Shown: one piece after another, positions 13,321 through 24,993 of the stretch
Position numbering within the stretch: the first letter of the stretch is position 1
Layout of the letters: every line of letters starts with the position of its first letter
Assembly (NCBI GenBank): GCA_951406725.2
Contig: OX597822.1
Coordinates: 16,058,001-16,122,000, forward strand
Length of the DNA stretch: 64,000 nt
Source: Octopus vulgaris
Taxonomy: Eukaryota
Direction of reading: 5' to 3'
Translations under genes and position numbers: made by a program
The notes under the pieces: generated by a model
What the model saw: only the letters and a program-made list of their open reading frames with translations
Told to the model about the DNA's origin: nothing
Databases searched by the model: none

Positions 13321-13750
13321 TATATCTGTATATATAACAACGAAAAACACAGAGAAACGAGACATACAGCATAAAGAATATTCCCCTTCTTCAGTTGTCC
13401 CTGTTTCATCTACTCCGCAATTTCGAAGGCAAGGACAAGACGTGACTTTGTTGAAACAATCCTTCCCGTAAAGCAAATTAAATAACATTTGGAATTTTTT
13501 GCAGAGGGTGAAAGTGGTAAGAAGAACAGGACAGCGAGAACAAAAGAGTAAAAACAAACGGTGAGGGCTGTTAAGTGAAGACGATAGAAAAGTTATTATG
13601 AACGCTAGGAACACGAGCTTATGAAGGAGACAGTATAAGCACGTTTAGTCTTCTGCTTTCTATTTGTTTTCTGGAGATTATAAATTGTATACACTCTTAC
13701 ATATATAAACAAAAATGTGTGTATACACACACACACACACACACACACAT

Positions 13751-13787
<37 letters not shown>

Positions 13788-15317
13788 TGCTTCTGTGTGC
13801 GTGTGTGTGTGTGTACCCATGTGCATTGGTGCCTGTTTTGTTACCGCTGGTCACCCGATAGAAACTTGTTACTATATCCGATATGTTTCGGAGAACAATC
13901 AATATCCAAACAAAATGGCTTCTTTATATTTTCGATCGATACACTTAATCAGAGGGATAAAAGAAAGGCAAGTGTCAGTTATTTGTTTATCCCGTATGTA
14001 ATTAAGCATCTCCCTAATGCGAACGTAAATCTCGTAGAATCAAAATTATTCAGTGTCCTCTGTTGTGTTATATCGCATTGATGATAGGATAAAGATATAT
14101 CATTGCACGGCCTTTCTGGACGAAGCTGCTTTTTGGTGAGATCCCTCGTTCATTAACATTTCCGTGACGATTTTATGCTGAACGAGCGTACTGTTACTCT
14201 TCAGATTAATATTTCTCGGTGAAATAAAGTGTCTTGCACAATAACACAGCTGACCCTCTGGACAGTGGGATCGAGAGCCCAGTTAGATATTAACATGCCC
14301 ACGCGCCCTCTCGAAAACTCATTTACACTTTAGAGTTAAAAGTTCAGAAGTAGTATTTGCTATTTCGAAGAAGTTTATAAATCGTGTTGCATCCGTGAAT
14401 ACCAGCCCTGACCAAACTTTACTATCACATAGGGTTAAACGGTTCTACATCGTAATGCTATATTTAATATTGGCTAACATTTTGCATGCAAAACCGGTCT
14501 GTTTTCATAAAATGTGAGAACATACACCTGTTGCTTCAGGCAGTTCATTGAAATATAGGTAAATATTGAAGAATGGAAATAACTGCAAGAAAAACGTTCA
14601 AATCACAAATACAGTTACTTGAACAAAAGACATATTTGAATTTAGCTCTTTCTATGTTTGGTTTTGTTATTTGGTTTGCCAGATACATATATATACATTA
14701 CATACATTATATATGGGGAGAGAGAGGGAGAGAGAGGAGAGAAAGAGAGAGGAATAGAGAGAGCATTACTTATGACGATCTCCATACATGACATTTTAAC
14801 CATCCACTGATTTCGATATAGGCAAAAAGTTTGTGAATTTAAAATTTTAGTTATTGGGACGCCTGCGATAGCATCTTCATATAGGAAATGACTCTGAAAA
14901 ACAAGAATCTTTAGGGATCCTTAACTCTACCGAGAGTCACATATAACATATCAAGTGTGAACATTGAGTTGGGAATTATGTGACGCTTGTATATCTTTGT
15001 TGCGAATACATATCTGATAAGAAATGACGCTCTTAAACTCTTGAGCAAATCTATAATGAATGGCAGCAGATTAGAAGGGGATTGAGGAAAATATGTGTAT
15101 TACCAACACCAATGGTTTTACTTGCTTCTGTGAATGTATCATTAGTGAATTTCTTTAAAATTGCGGTCGGATATTAATCATTCAAATGTCCTTCCGAAAG
15201 GGGGGGGGGGGTGACATGACGTGATTTGGGTAACAGCTGTGAATCTATGTTATTTCTGTGTTAGGATGGTTGAGGCAAGTCAAGGTGAAATCATACATAG
15301 AGAGATAAACAGTTAGG

Positions 15318-15318
<1 letters not shown>

Positions 15319-15387
<69 letters not shown>
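15319..15387. repeat. (GATA)n tetranucleotide microsatellite
   Basis: Directly visible; abuts the LINE 3' end. Confidence 0.95.
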
Positions 15388-16718
15388 TGTTTCTTTATTA
15401 GCCACACAGGCTAAGGTAGAGCTTTTCTTTTTGGGGATAAAAAAAGGGGGGTTGGTTTTCGAGCAAAAGGGATCGTAAAAGGAAAGAAACAGGAAAGCAA
15501 AAAAAAGTGGGGGATAAAAATAAAAGGAAAAAGAAAAAATCGATCAATAGGGATCATTATCACAAAAATGTCAATATACAGTGTAAAGGGGAAGACAGGT
15601 GAGGTTTACCAGTGGAAAGAAAAGCCTACGGAAAAGACCACGGTAACCTCGGTCAATGAAGTTACATGTTACTCTTTTACTTGTTTCAGTCATTTGACTG
15701 CGGCCATGCTGGAGCACCACCTTTAGTCGAGAAAATCGACCCCGGGACTTATTCTTTGTAAGCCCAGTACTTATACTATCGGTCTCTAATGCCGAACCGC
15801 TAATTGACGGGGACGTAAACACACCAGCATCGGTTGTCAAGCAATGCTAGGGGAACAAACAGAGACACGCAAACACACACACACACACATATATATACAT
15901 ATATACGACAGGCTTCTTTCAGTTTCCGTCTACCAAATCCACTCACAAGGCATTGGTCCACCCGGGGCTATAGCAGAAGACACTTGCCCAAGATGCCACG
16001 CAATGGGATTGAACCCGGAACCATGTGGTTGGTTAGCAAGCTACTTACCACACAGCCACTCCTGCGCCTGTTATATATTTTTTTTACGAATAAGTAATTC
16101 TCTGTATTAAATTTTTACCGTTCATAGGATTATACTCAAAGTGGCTTCGTCATTCATACGTGCCATCCTTGCTACATTCACCCATCTTTTTTTAAAACAT
16201 TCACTAGACAAAACGTGCCTCTCTACTCGCACTTTCCTTTTCAAGTGATACTTGAAGAAGTTGATGAGAGATTGACCAGAGAGGAAAGTATTTGTCTCTA
16301 ATCCTTTCAGGCGCGTCCACCAGATATATACTTTCGCCATAGCCACAAGTATGATAAAAATAGCTCTTCCTTCCCGTTTGAAGGAAGGAGACGTGACGAT
16401 ATTAACAATCGACTCGGCTGATAAACCGACACGTCCCACACGTGACAGCAGTCGTTCGACATAAGCCCACAGGTCGGAGATTGTTGGACACTGCACGAGT
16501 ACGTGCAGAACGGTTTTGTCGCTCTGACTGCATCTCGGGCAGGTCGGCCCCGTGTTTCTCGAGCCCTGGCCCGAGAGTCGTCCCGAACAGGCGGGTCAGG
16601 TATTCCTCGTCGACGTCCAGGTTCTCCCCGAGCTCGTCGTCGTACCTCCCCTATAGAATGCTTGGTTTGTTTTGGAGTCACTAAAGGTCGACCCCGGACG
16701 GCAGAGTTGCTTGAGAGC

Positions 16719-16720
<2 letters not shown>
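15388..16720 (-). mobile_element. L1/Tx1-clade LINE, 5'-truncated (ORF2 C-terminus plus 3'UTR)
   Basis: Minus-strand [25 protein letters not shown] (CCHC/zf-RVT type) followed by AKVYIWWTR...FKKRW; 3' end GTGTGGCTAATAAAGAAA; (GATA)n on both sides. Confidence 0.85.
15669..16068 (-). mobile_element. SINE family B, full length, nested in the Tx1 LINE 3'UTR
   Basis: Near-identical to the reverse complement of 17737-18163. Confidence 0.95.
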
Positions 16721-16795
<75 letters not shown>

Positions 16796-16804
16796 CATAC
16801 AGAC

Positions 16805-16864
<60 letters not shown>

Positions 16865-16881
16865 GGATAGATGGATAGATG

Positions 16882-16950
<69 letters not shown>

Positions 16951-16951
16951 T
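16721..16951. repeat. (GATA)n microsatellite
   Basis: Directly visible. Confidence 0.95.
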
Positions 16952-17561
16952 AGTAAAAGAGACAAGACAGATATGCAGAGAAAGAAAGGGGAACAGGTGA
17001 TACGAAACGAGCCAAAAGTGCTTTGACAGATGGGCAATAATGATATGAAGATTATATCCAGATCTAAGATGTTAGATTTATCCGTTTCCATTTCAAGCAA
17101 TATTTTTTTGTACAAGCTTCCCACTTCACTCTAAGATTGACTTGTAAAAGTTATAATATTGTATACGTATAGTCATTAGAAGAAATGTGAAATAGTTACA
17201 ATATTCTGAAAATGCTAGCTTCATATCGCATATGTTGTATATATTCTGAATGCATACCCATACAAAGATACAATCGCAGTCTTGTATAATGACGATAACT
17301 ATGTGCATATGACGCACACACATATAGAAAGATATGTATTTAGTGTATATATATCTTATCTTCCTTTTCTTTCTGTTAAAAGTTACAACAGCGAAAGCTC
17401 ATTACGTCATTTTCTCAAAACTAGAATGTATGCTCTCCACGTTCGTATTTGAATATTTTGCGTTTCAATAATTTTTCTCTTTTTACTCATTCTCGAATTT
17501 GACGAACATATAGCGATACGTAAGCCGACTCAAGAAATCTCTAGTGAGACTTCTTATTGAT

Positions 17562-17599
17562 CAACCCGAAGAGACCCGGAATGGGTCGAAACATGTGTT
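17562..17599 (+). ncRNA. Degenerate type I hammerhead motif
   Basis: AAC-CCGAAGA-GACCC ggaat GGGTC-GAAA-CATG-T-GTT: perfect stem II and palindromic stem III; U4 changed to C and N17 missing. Confidence 0.5.
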
Positions 17600-17636
17600 T
17601 TACCCAATAAATCTATTACACATTCCATCTCCTATT

Positions 17637-17736
17637 TTCTTAACATGATATATATATTTTCTTAACATGATATATTTCTTAACATGATATATTTTTCTTA
17701 ACATGATATATATTTTCTTAATATGATATATATATA
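17637..17736. repeat. Minisatellite, about 20-22 bp unit TTCTTAACATGATATATAT(T)n x5
   Basis: Directly visible tandem units. Confidence 0.85.
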
Positions 17737-17907
17737 GGCGCAGGAGTGGCTGTGTGGTAAGTAGCTTGCTAACCAACCACATGGTTCCGGGTTCAGTCCC
17801 GCTGCGTGGCATCTTGGGCAAGTATCTTCTGCTATAGCCCCGGGTCGACCAATGCCTTGTGAGTGGATTTGGTAGACGGAAACTGAAAGAAGCCTGTCGT
17901 ATATATG

Positions 17908-17958
<51 letters not shown>

Positions 17959-18163
17959 GTGTCTCTGTTTGTTCCCCTAGCATTGCTTGACAACCGATGC
18001 TGGTGTGTTTACGTCCCCGTCACCTAGCGATTCGGCATTAGAGACCGATAGTATAAGTACTGGGCTTACAAAGAATAAGTCCCGGGGTCGAGTTGCTCGA
18101 CTAAAGGCGGTGCTCCAGCATGGCCGCAGTCAAATGACTGAAACAAGTAAAAGAGTAAAAGAG
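17737..18163 (+). mobile_element. tRNA-derived SINE family B, full length
   Basis: A-box TGGCTGTGTGG, B-box GGTTCAGTCCC, internal (TA)n(TG)n, 3' hairpin CAGTC-AAAT-GACTG and (GTAAAAGA)n tail; more than 10 copies in the window. Confidence 0.95.
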
Positions 18164-18186
18164 TATATATACGTACATATACATGT

Positions 18187-18566
18187 GGAGGCGCAATGGC
18201 CCAGTGGTTAGGGCAGCGGACTCGCGGTCGTAGGATCGCGGTTTCGATTCTCAGACCGGGCATTGTGAGTGTTTATTGAGTGAAAACACCTAAAGCTTCA
18301 CAAGGCTCCTGCAGGGGTGGTGGTGAACCCTGCTGTACTCTTTCACCACAACTATCTCTCACTCTTTCTTCCTGTTTCTGTTGTACCTGTATTTCAAAGG
18401 GCCAGCCTTGTCACACTCTGTGTCATGCTGAATCTCCTCGAGAACTACGTTAAGTGTACACGTGTCTGTGGAATGCTCAGCCACTTGCACGTTAATTCCA
18501 CGAGCAAGCTGTTCCGTTGATCGTATCAGGTGGGACCCTCATCGTCGTAACCGACGGAGTGCTCCT
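18187..18566 (+). mobile_element. tRNA(Arg-like)-derived SINE family D, full length
   Basis: A-box TGGCCCAGTGG, B-box-like GTTTCGATTC; 3' about 180 nt shared with family C. Confidence 0.9.
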
Positions 18567-18575
18567 AACATATAC

Positions 18576-18637
<62 letters not shown>

Positions 18638-18640
<3 letters not shown>

Positions 18641-18996
18641 GTGACGATGTGTTACCGCTACTGTTTATAACTCGGTCTGAGATTTATCATTCTTTAATTT
18701 CACTTTTTCAATATCAGTGTCAATCGACACTGGAAAAAGTATATGTATTTGTGAAGGGAGCTGACTTCTCGTCGACAACCATGATTGTCAGACGCTGATG
18801 AAAGGTAAACACCTTGAAACTCGGGTCCGTGTGTATCATGAGTTGAAGACGGGGAGGATGACTCCCCTTCACAAATACTGAGAGGACACAGATAGTGTGT
18901 CTATAGCCAGCTGCAGGAGATATCTTCCTGGGGCTACAAACTACAGTAGCATCCATCCTTAGGGGTTAGCCATACTCAAATGGCAAATATGCGTCA

Positions 18997-19000
<4 letters not shown>
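18638..19000 (+). mobile_element. Non-autonomous hammerhead-bearing inverted-repeat element (Penelope-like pLTR/retrozyme-like)
   Basis: Termini ATCGTGACG/CGTCACGAT; internal inverted pair 18745-18773 vs 18848-18878; sits in (TA)n; homolog at 61388-61760. Confidence 0.7.
18789..18833 (+). ncRNA. Type I hammerhead ribozyme, canonical core
   Basis: CAGACG-CTGATGA-AAGGT aaac ACCTT-GAAA-CTCGGG-TC-CGTGTG; all core nucleotides present; predicted cleavage after GUC (18827). Confidence 0.8.
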
Positions 19001-19030
<30 letters not shown>

Positions 19031-19045
19031 TCACATATATATATG

Positions 19046-19079
<34 letters not shown>

Positions 19080-19989
19080 TGTATGTATATACATAAATAT
19101 ATATATATGTATATATATATATACATATATATACATATATATATATGTCTACGTGCAAACATTTATGTATTCACAAATTTATACATATAGATATATATAT
19201 ATTTAAATATACATATATACATGCATACAAACATTTATGTGTGTGTGTATGTGTACGTGCGTGTGTGTGTCTGTTTAAGAAGAACAAAACTAATTTTCTC
19301 ATGAATTTTATTAAAATACAAAATAAATTATGTCGTCTTGTTTTAGTCTAATTAATTTTAGTGCTGTATTGAATTAAAATTTCTTGAAGAAGCCAAACGC
19401 ATTGTTGAATATATTTTATCTAAGTCTTAATCAAAATGTTCGATTTTTTAAAAACTTATTTCCACATAACTGTATTTCACAAATTTATTGATATGTCTTA
19501 ATATTTTTCAACCACTGAAGGTTCGCATTAAATTTATGGCTATTTACATTTATCAGTACTTAAATAATAATTGCGTGTGATAAAAGCGTCTATCAAGTCA
19601 AATTAAATTAGTTTCTTCACCCTCGTTTTAACACCAGATATTATTAATATTATTAGGTAGTTTGATATTATCACTTACATGCAATGTTGGAAATTGAAAG
19701 TCATACACAACGTATATAAATACTTTCAAATTATATGTCTCTTCACACGCACAGACAGATACAATCACTCGTGATTATGAAGGATCTCTGTAAAGGTATA
19801 TGCGAAAGAGTAAATTATTTATATGCATATATGTACATATTACACACATACACACACACTCACACACACGGATATATAAATGTTTTATATACATACGTAC
19901 ATATATAAATATACATATATATGTGTGTGTATACGTATGTATATAAAACATATATAATATAATTAATATCTCTCTCTCTCTCTCTCTCT

Positions 19990-20051
<62 letters not shown>

Positions 20052-20058
20052 TATATAC

Positions 20059-20138
<80 letters not shown>

Positions 20139-20140
<2 letters not shown>

Positions 20141-20372
20141 GTGTTGGCCAAAAGTCACCTGACAGTAAATCAAAGTTCCGTAGATACTTAATATTCAATT
20201 TTATTTATTAATTCCAATTATGAATGTTTAATGATTGAATTCAGTGAGTAAAATTTACTGTTTCTTTTTTCAATGTTTGTGCAGACCTCTTATAAAATAA
20301 TTTATTGTTTTAACCCTGGAATTAAATGAGGTTTTGATCTACACTGTCAGGAGACTTTTGGCCAACCTTATA
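20139..20372. mobile_element. Tc1/mariner-type MITE
   Basis: TIRs GTTGGCCAAAAGTCACCTGACAGT / ACTGTCAGGAGACTTTTGGCCAAC, TA-flanked. Confidence 0.85.
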
Positions 20373-20394
20373 TGTATATAATATCTTCTAATCA

Positions 20395-20550
20395 CTTGTT
20401 TCAGTCATTTACCTACGGCCATTCTGCGGCCATTCGCGCCTTAACGAACGTTTAGTCGAATAAATCGACGCTTTACTCATCTTTTAAAGTCTTGTACTCC
20501 ATTGGTTTCTTTTGCTAAATTACGGTGACGTAAAGACACCAACGCTGTCA
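20395..20550 (-). mobile_element. SINE family B, 3' half
   Basis: Begins ACTTGTTTCAGTCATTT, as do other minus-strand B tails. Confidence 0.75.
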
Positions 20551-20618
<68 letters not shown>

Positions 20619-20667
20619 CATCGAAAAATATCTTAGGAATGAGAACCCAGGTTCGAAATTTCCCCAA

Positions 20668-20713
20668 GACACCTGATGAAGGCTGGAGGGTATATCAGCC
20701 GAAACGTTGTGTT
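20668..20713 (+). ncRNA. Minimal type I hammerhead ribozyme (Penelope-type)
   Basis: GACAC-CTGATGA-A-GGCTG gagggtatat CAGCC-GAAA-CG-TT-GTGTT; palindromic ACGT stem III; within a repeat at 20619-20810 that recurs at 40401-40630. Confidence 0.75.
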
Positions 20714-20828
20714 AACAACAAACATGATGAGGACAAATATCTGTCGAATGCCAATAATGTAGGTAATGTAAATAATGTACATAATTCCACATTACTTAAA
20801 TATAGAAAAGTATATTTATATTTTTATA

Positions 20829-21570
20829 TGTAAGAGGAAGTGTCTAAATGTAAGTGGAAACTTACTCTGCGGAACAAATCTGATGTAGTGAAGGCCTCTG
20901 TTGTTAGCAGTCACTTGATTCTGTCCTCAGGCATCAGTCTGCCGACCGGCAGTGTTATACGGGGCATTATTGCCATGGGGTGCGTCTTTCTTTTGCTGTA
21001 CTTCTTCCATGTTCGTCAACTTTTGCAGTGGTTGAAACGAACGAGCAACGTTCTTCCGTGAAATTCTGTTTTCTGCTGGGGAACCCGGCTGCCGAAACAG
21101 TTGTCACGCATGAATGAGCTTGCAAGGACGCTGCCATAAGCAAAACACAGGTTTACGAGTGGTTTTCACGATTTAGGAATGGTCACATGTCGCTTGAACA
21201 ACCTCGTTCGGGACAACCGTCGACTTCAGGCACGAATGAAAACACCATGAAAATTCCTAAACTGATCGTGGAGGAATGTCACCGAACAATAGAGGAACAT
21301 ATCGATATGAGCGGTGTGTTCTGGAGCTCTTGACCACGAATTCTGAGTGAGGAATTGGGAATGAAAAGAGTTGCAGCAAAATTCATGCCTCGCTTGCTCA
21401 CGGAAGTTCAAAAGCGTGTCTGGTAGGAAAGCGTGTCATAAACTGAAAGAACAGTTGAAAGTTGATCCAGACCTTTTTCGAAGGTCATCCATTAGTGGTC
21501 ACAAAAGCTGATGCTATGCAGATGTAGAAGAGGTGAAGAAAAAATGACGGAGGCTTCAAAAGGCTTTACT
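20829..21570 (+). mobile_element. mariner transposon remnant (transposase pseudogene)
   Basis: EQRSSVKFCFLLG..AAET, SKTQVYEWFSRFRNG, PRSGQPSTS and ILSEELGMKRVAAKFMPRLLTEVQK, with stops and frameshifts. Confidence 0.9.
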
Positions 21571-24332
21571 TCGCGCTGGTAAGAATTTGCTGTTTTTGTT
21601 TCTTGCTGTTATTATTCAACATCTGTGTTCTTTCTTTTAGCAGAATATATTTGACGGACTTTGTAGAGTATTTTTAGCTGGTATAGGCATGACGCTTAAA
21701 TGTTTGATTGAAAGTACCCCATCACACTATTTGATTAGAATCCATAGAAAATTTAAAATGTCCTCATGGAAATATTGGCTCCACGTTTCTCGGTAATGTA
21801 AACTAGTGTTTGCAATATACTCTTAGGAATATTTCAACGCAATTCTTACAATTCAACAAGTATGTTATTGCCATCTTTTCACTGAAGAAAAGGAATATAT
21901 TTTATATAATTTCTTTTTTATGCGTATATCAGAAGAAACATATTGAAATAAATTTTTAGAAGGACAATATGCGACAGACCTAACAGTCCTCTACATTCAG
22001 TCATTTACTCGTTCCGTTCCTCTCTTTGTCACTTTCTCAGGAAATATATGTATGTGCGTAAACAATGAATTTATATGTGTATGAATATATTAATATATGC
22101 TTAAATATATAAACGTATATATAAATACAAGAATACAATTGCATCAAAATAACTTCTTTTTAAGACATAAATATACTTTTTATACATACAGGTATCTTGG
22201 CTTGTATTCATTAATCATGAGAAGTTTGGAAACCGCTTCGAACTATATTTATTGCTGTGAACCAACAAAATGCCAGTCTGTTTCTGGCCACATGGCCTAG
22301 AAGAAATAGCCGTATGTAACGCATGATGGCCTTTAAAAATGTTATCTTCGACGACACCGAGCAAAGTAGCATTGGAAGAGAATGTGTAATTTAAATATAT
22401 TTGGAACTTGTTATATGAGGAATGAGCAGGAACAAGGAACAATGATAATTACTTTTATTTCGGTTTTGTAGCAATTTTCTGAGTGTTATACTTGCTTGAG
22501 GGAAATAGGAAATAAAGAGACCTCTCTAATTTAAATGCAAAATATTTTCGATTTTCACCAAATGACATGCGGAGAAAAGCAAAATCCCAAATCGTCTGTT
22601 TAGCAGCAATACGAATCGAGTGAAATCGGGAAGAATTCAATATATATGGTCAATAATCTAGAAATATTTGCTAGGAATTAAAGGTAATTATTTTGGCTAG
22701 AGCTAATGAGCTACTGCTATTTCTATAAACGACTGAGATAGAAAGACAAGAATAGAACTCGTCTGAGAACACAAGGAAGAATACAATTTCAATTAAAGGG
22801 AATAAAAATGAAATCATTTATGCAACATCAATGTCGGTCAGTCTTCGACAAAACAAGAGAAAATGAGAAATATATGTATACTGTACTTGTAATAAGTTAC
22901 CAAACTATGGTGCTGAAAGCAGTATCTGGAAATTATGAATGCTTCAGTATGTATTTAATACGGAATTCAGTTGCTGGTGCTGTTCAAGACTTTGTAAGTA
23001 AGTCCAGAACAACTTGTATGGCTTTTCTTTTGCACCTGCGTACTCCAACAGATAGCGAATGTGTATCTCTTAAAAATTGATGAATTAGAATTTGTCACAT
23101 CTTAAATTGTAATTTTCGATTTCAGCCGAAAATTTAACATTATGTTGTATCTTGAAAGTAAATATATTGTCTGATTTTATTCATTTCACGTCAACTGAAA
23201 TCGATTGAAAATAGAAAGGAGGTAAGTTAAATGAATTATCTTAAATTTGGAATCGGTTTATGTAAAAGTAACTTTACCTTGACAGACAGTCTAAATAATT
23301 TGATTTGGTGTGACTTCAAATCCAAATAGTAAGAAAGTTGATAATATCTTATCTGTTTTAATTATTTCAGGATAAAATACAAGAAATAACCATATATTCG
23401 TGATTCTCTACCCAATTACTGATATGTGCCAAAACAAAGCACAGAACAAACTACGGCCAATACAGTTGTGCAGTGAAGGTTCGATCTAATTGGATACGTT
23501 AATAGTATCGAGAGCTAGGATCGCTCTCATTACAAAGGAAAACACTGAAATCTAATTCGCTCAGATTTTATACTTAATTAGGAAATTGTTATAGCTGCTA
23601 ATAATTGTAAATAACAATGACTGAGCCACTGGACAAATATTGGACTAATATCTCATATTGAATACAGTCTATCTAATCACATTTTTTTTCATAGCTTATT
23701 AAGGAATCATTATTCTCTGAATGAGTGCAATATGTATGCAATGATGAAGTTACTGAACTGGACTGATATCAAATGTGATTCACAATGAATGGCGACGTAT
23801 TAGTGAGATAGTTATAACGTTAATACTGGAGAGCTAGTCACTTGGTAACAAGTGAAAGTAGTGTGAATCGATCGAATGTGGGCGTTACTGGAGAAAGATA
23901 AGAAAGAAAGAAATTGGATGATAGACATAGAGAGAAGTTGAGAGTATAAAATATTAAACGAAGAATAGATGTCACATGTTTCGAAAACTATAAGACAGAC
24001 GAAACAGTGATAGAGGAGATGAGGAAAAGAACCGAAATAAGTTGGAGAAACAAAGCATGAGACAAAATTGGTGAAAGAGAAAGAAGAAAGAGAAATGAGT
24101 GGTGAAGATACTTCATCAACGAGAAAGAAACTATAAAGAAGAGAGAGAGGGAGAAAGAGAGAGAGAAAAAGAGAGAGAGAGGGGGGAGAAGCATGTTTTG
24201 TGTGTTAGAGATAAACAAGGAAATGAGAAAAGACAAGAGGAAAGAGAGACATAAATATAAGAACGATGAGACTATGATGCTATCTATGATAGATCGACAG
24301 ATAGATAGATATATAGATAGATAGATATATAG

Positions 24333-24480
24333 ATTTCTTTATTGGCCACGCAGGGCTAAACACAGAAGGGATAAAATACAAAGTAGAGCTTTTCTTTTTG
24401 GAAAGAAGAGAAGGGAAAATATGGGGGGCGAATTCCGATAAAAAAGGATCGTGAGAAAAAAGGGGGAAATTCCGATCAAA
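24333..24480 (-). mobile_element. 3' end of the same L1/Tx1 LINE family
   Basis: TTTCTTTATTGGCCACGCAGGGCTAA...GTAGAGCTTTTCTTTTTGG matches 15390-15435; again adjacent to GATA repeats. Confidence 0.85.
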
Positions 24481-24483
24481 ACA

Positions 24484-24844
24484 TACTGGTGATGGGTGAT
24501 TTTAACCTGCCTTATATAACCTGTCCCACAAATACTCTGAAGTTAGGCAACTGTACTATACCAGACAAAGCAACAACAGAATTAATCTTTAATCATATGG
24601 ATGAATTTTTCCTCTCACAGCTTGTACGCGAAACTAGACAGAATAAAACAGTCTTGGATCTACCATTAGCAAACTACCCTACCTCCATTCGCAGCATTTC
24701 AATTGAAAAGACTCTCTTCTCGGAACCCGACATGATACTCACCAACTTTAATTTCTGGTATATCAAAACCAAACCGGTCAATTCTACCCCACTGCACTTG
24801 AAGACATAAACTTACACAAAGTGGACTGGGGAGCAATCAGAAAG

Positions 24845-24846
<2 letters not shown>
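24484..24846 (+). mobile_element. CR1/L2-type LINE AP-endonuclease fragment
   Basis: LVMGDFNLP...FLSQLVRETRQNKTVLDL...SEPDMI (SDH-like)...NLHKVDW. Confidence 0.8.
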
Positions 24847-24901
<55 letters not shown>

Positions 24902-24907
24902 TATGTA

Positions 24908-24993
<86 letters not shown>

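Noticed and set aside
13330-13480. CTGAAGA on the minus strand in a repeat-like block (similar cases at 34.3, 41.1 and 44.1 kb)
   Set aside because: Could not assemble the core plus three stems in a valid order
15834-16110. Recurrent ORFs such as MPRSGTEPGTMWLVSKLLTTQP
   Set aside because: Antisense reading of SINE B; they recur only because the SINE does
18126-18150. SINE B tail CAGTC-AAAT-GACT-GAAACAAGTA as a hammerhead half
   Set aside because: No CUGANGA or stem I in any copy; better explained as a LINE-recognition hairpin
18187-18260. tRNA gene (also the SINE A, B and C heads)
   Set aside because: A/B boxes are present, but there is no complete cloverleaf and each head runs into a SINE body
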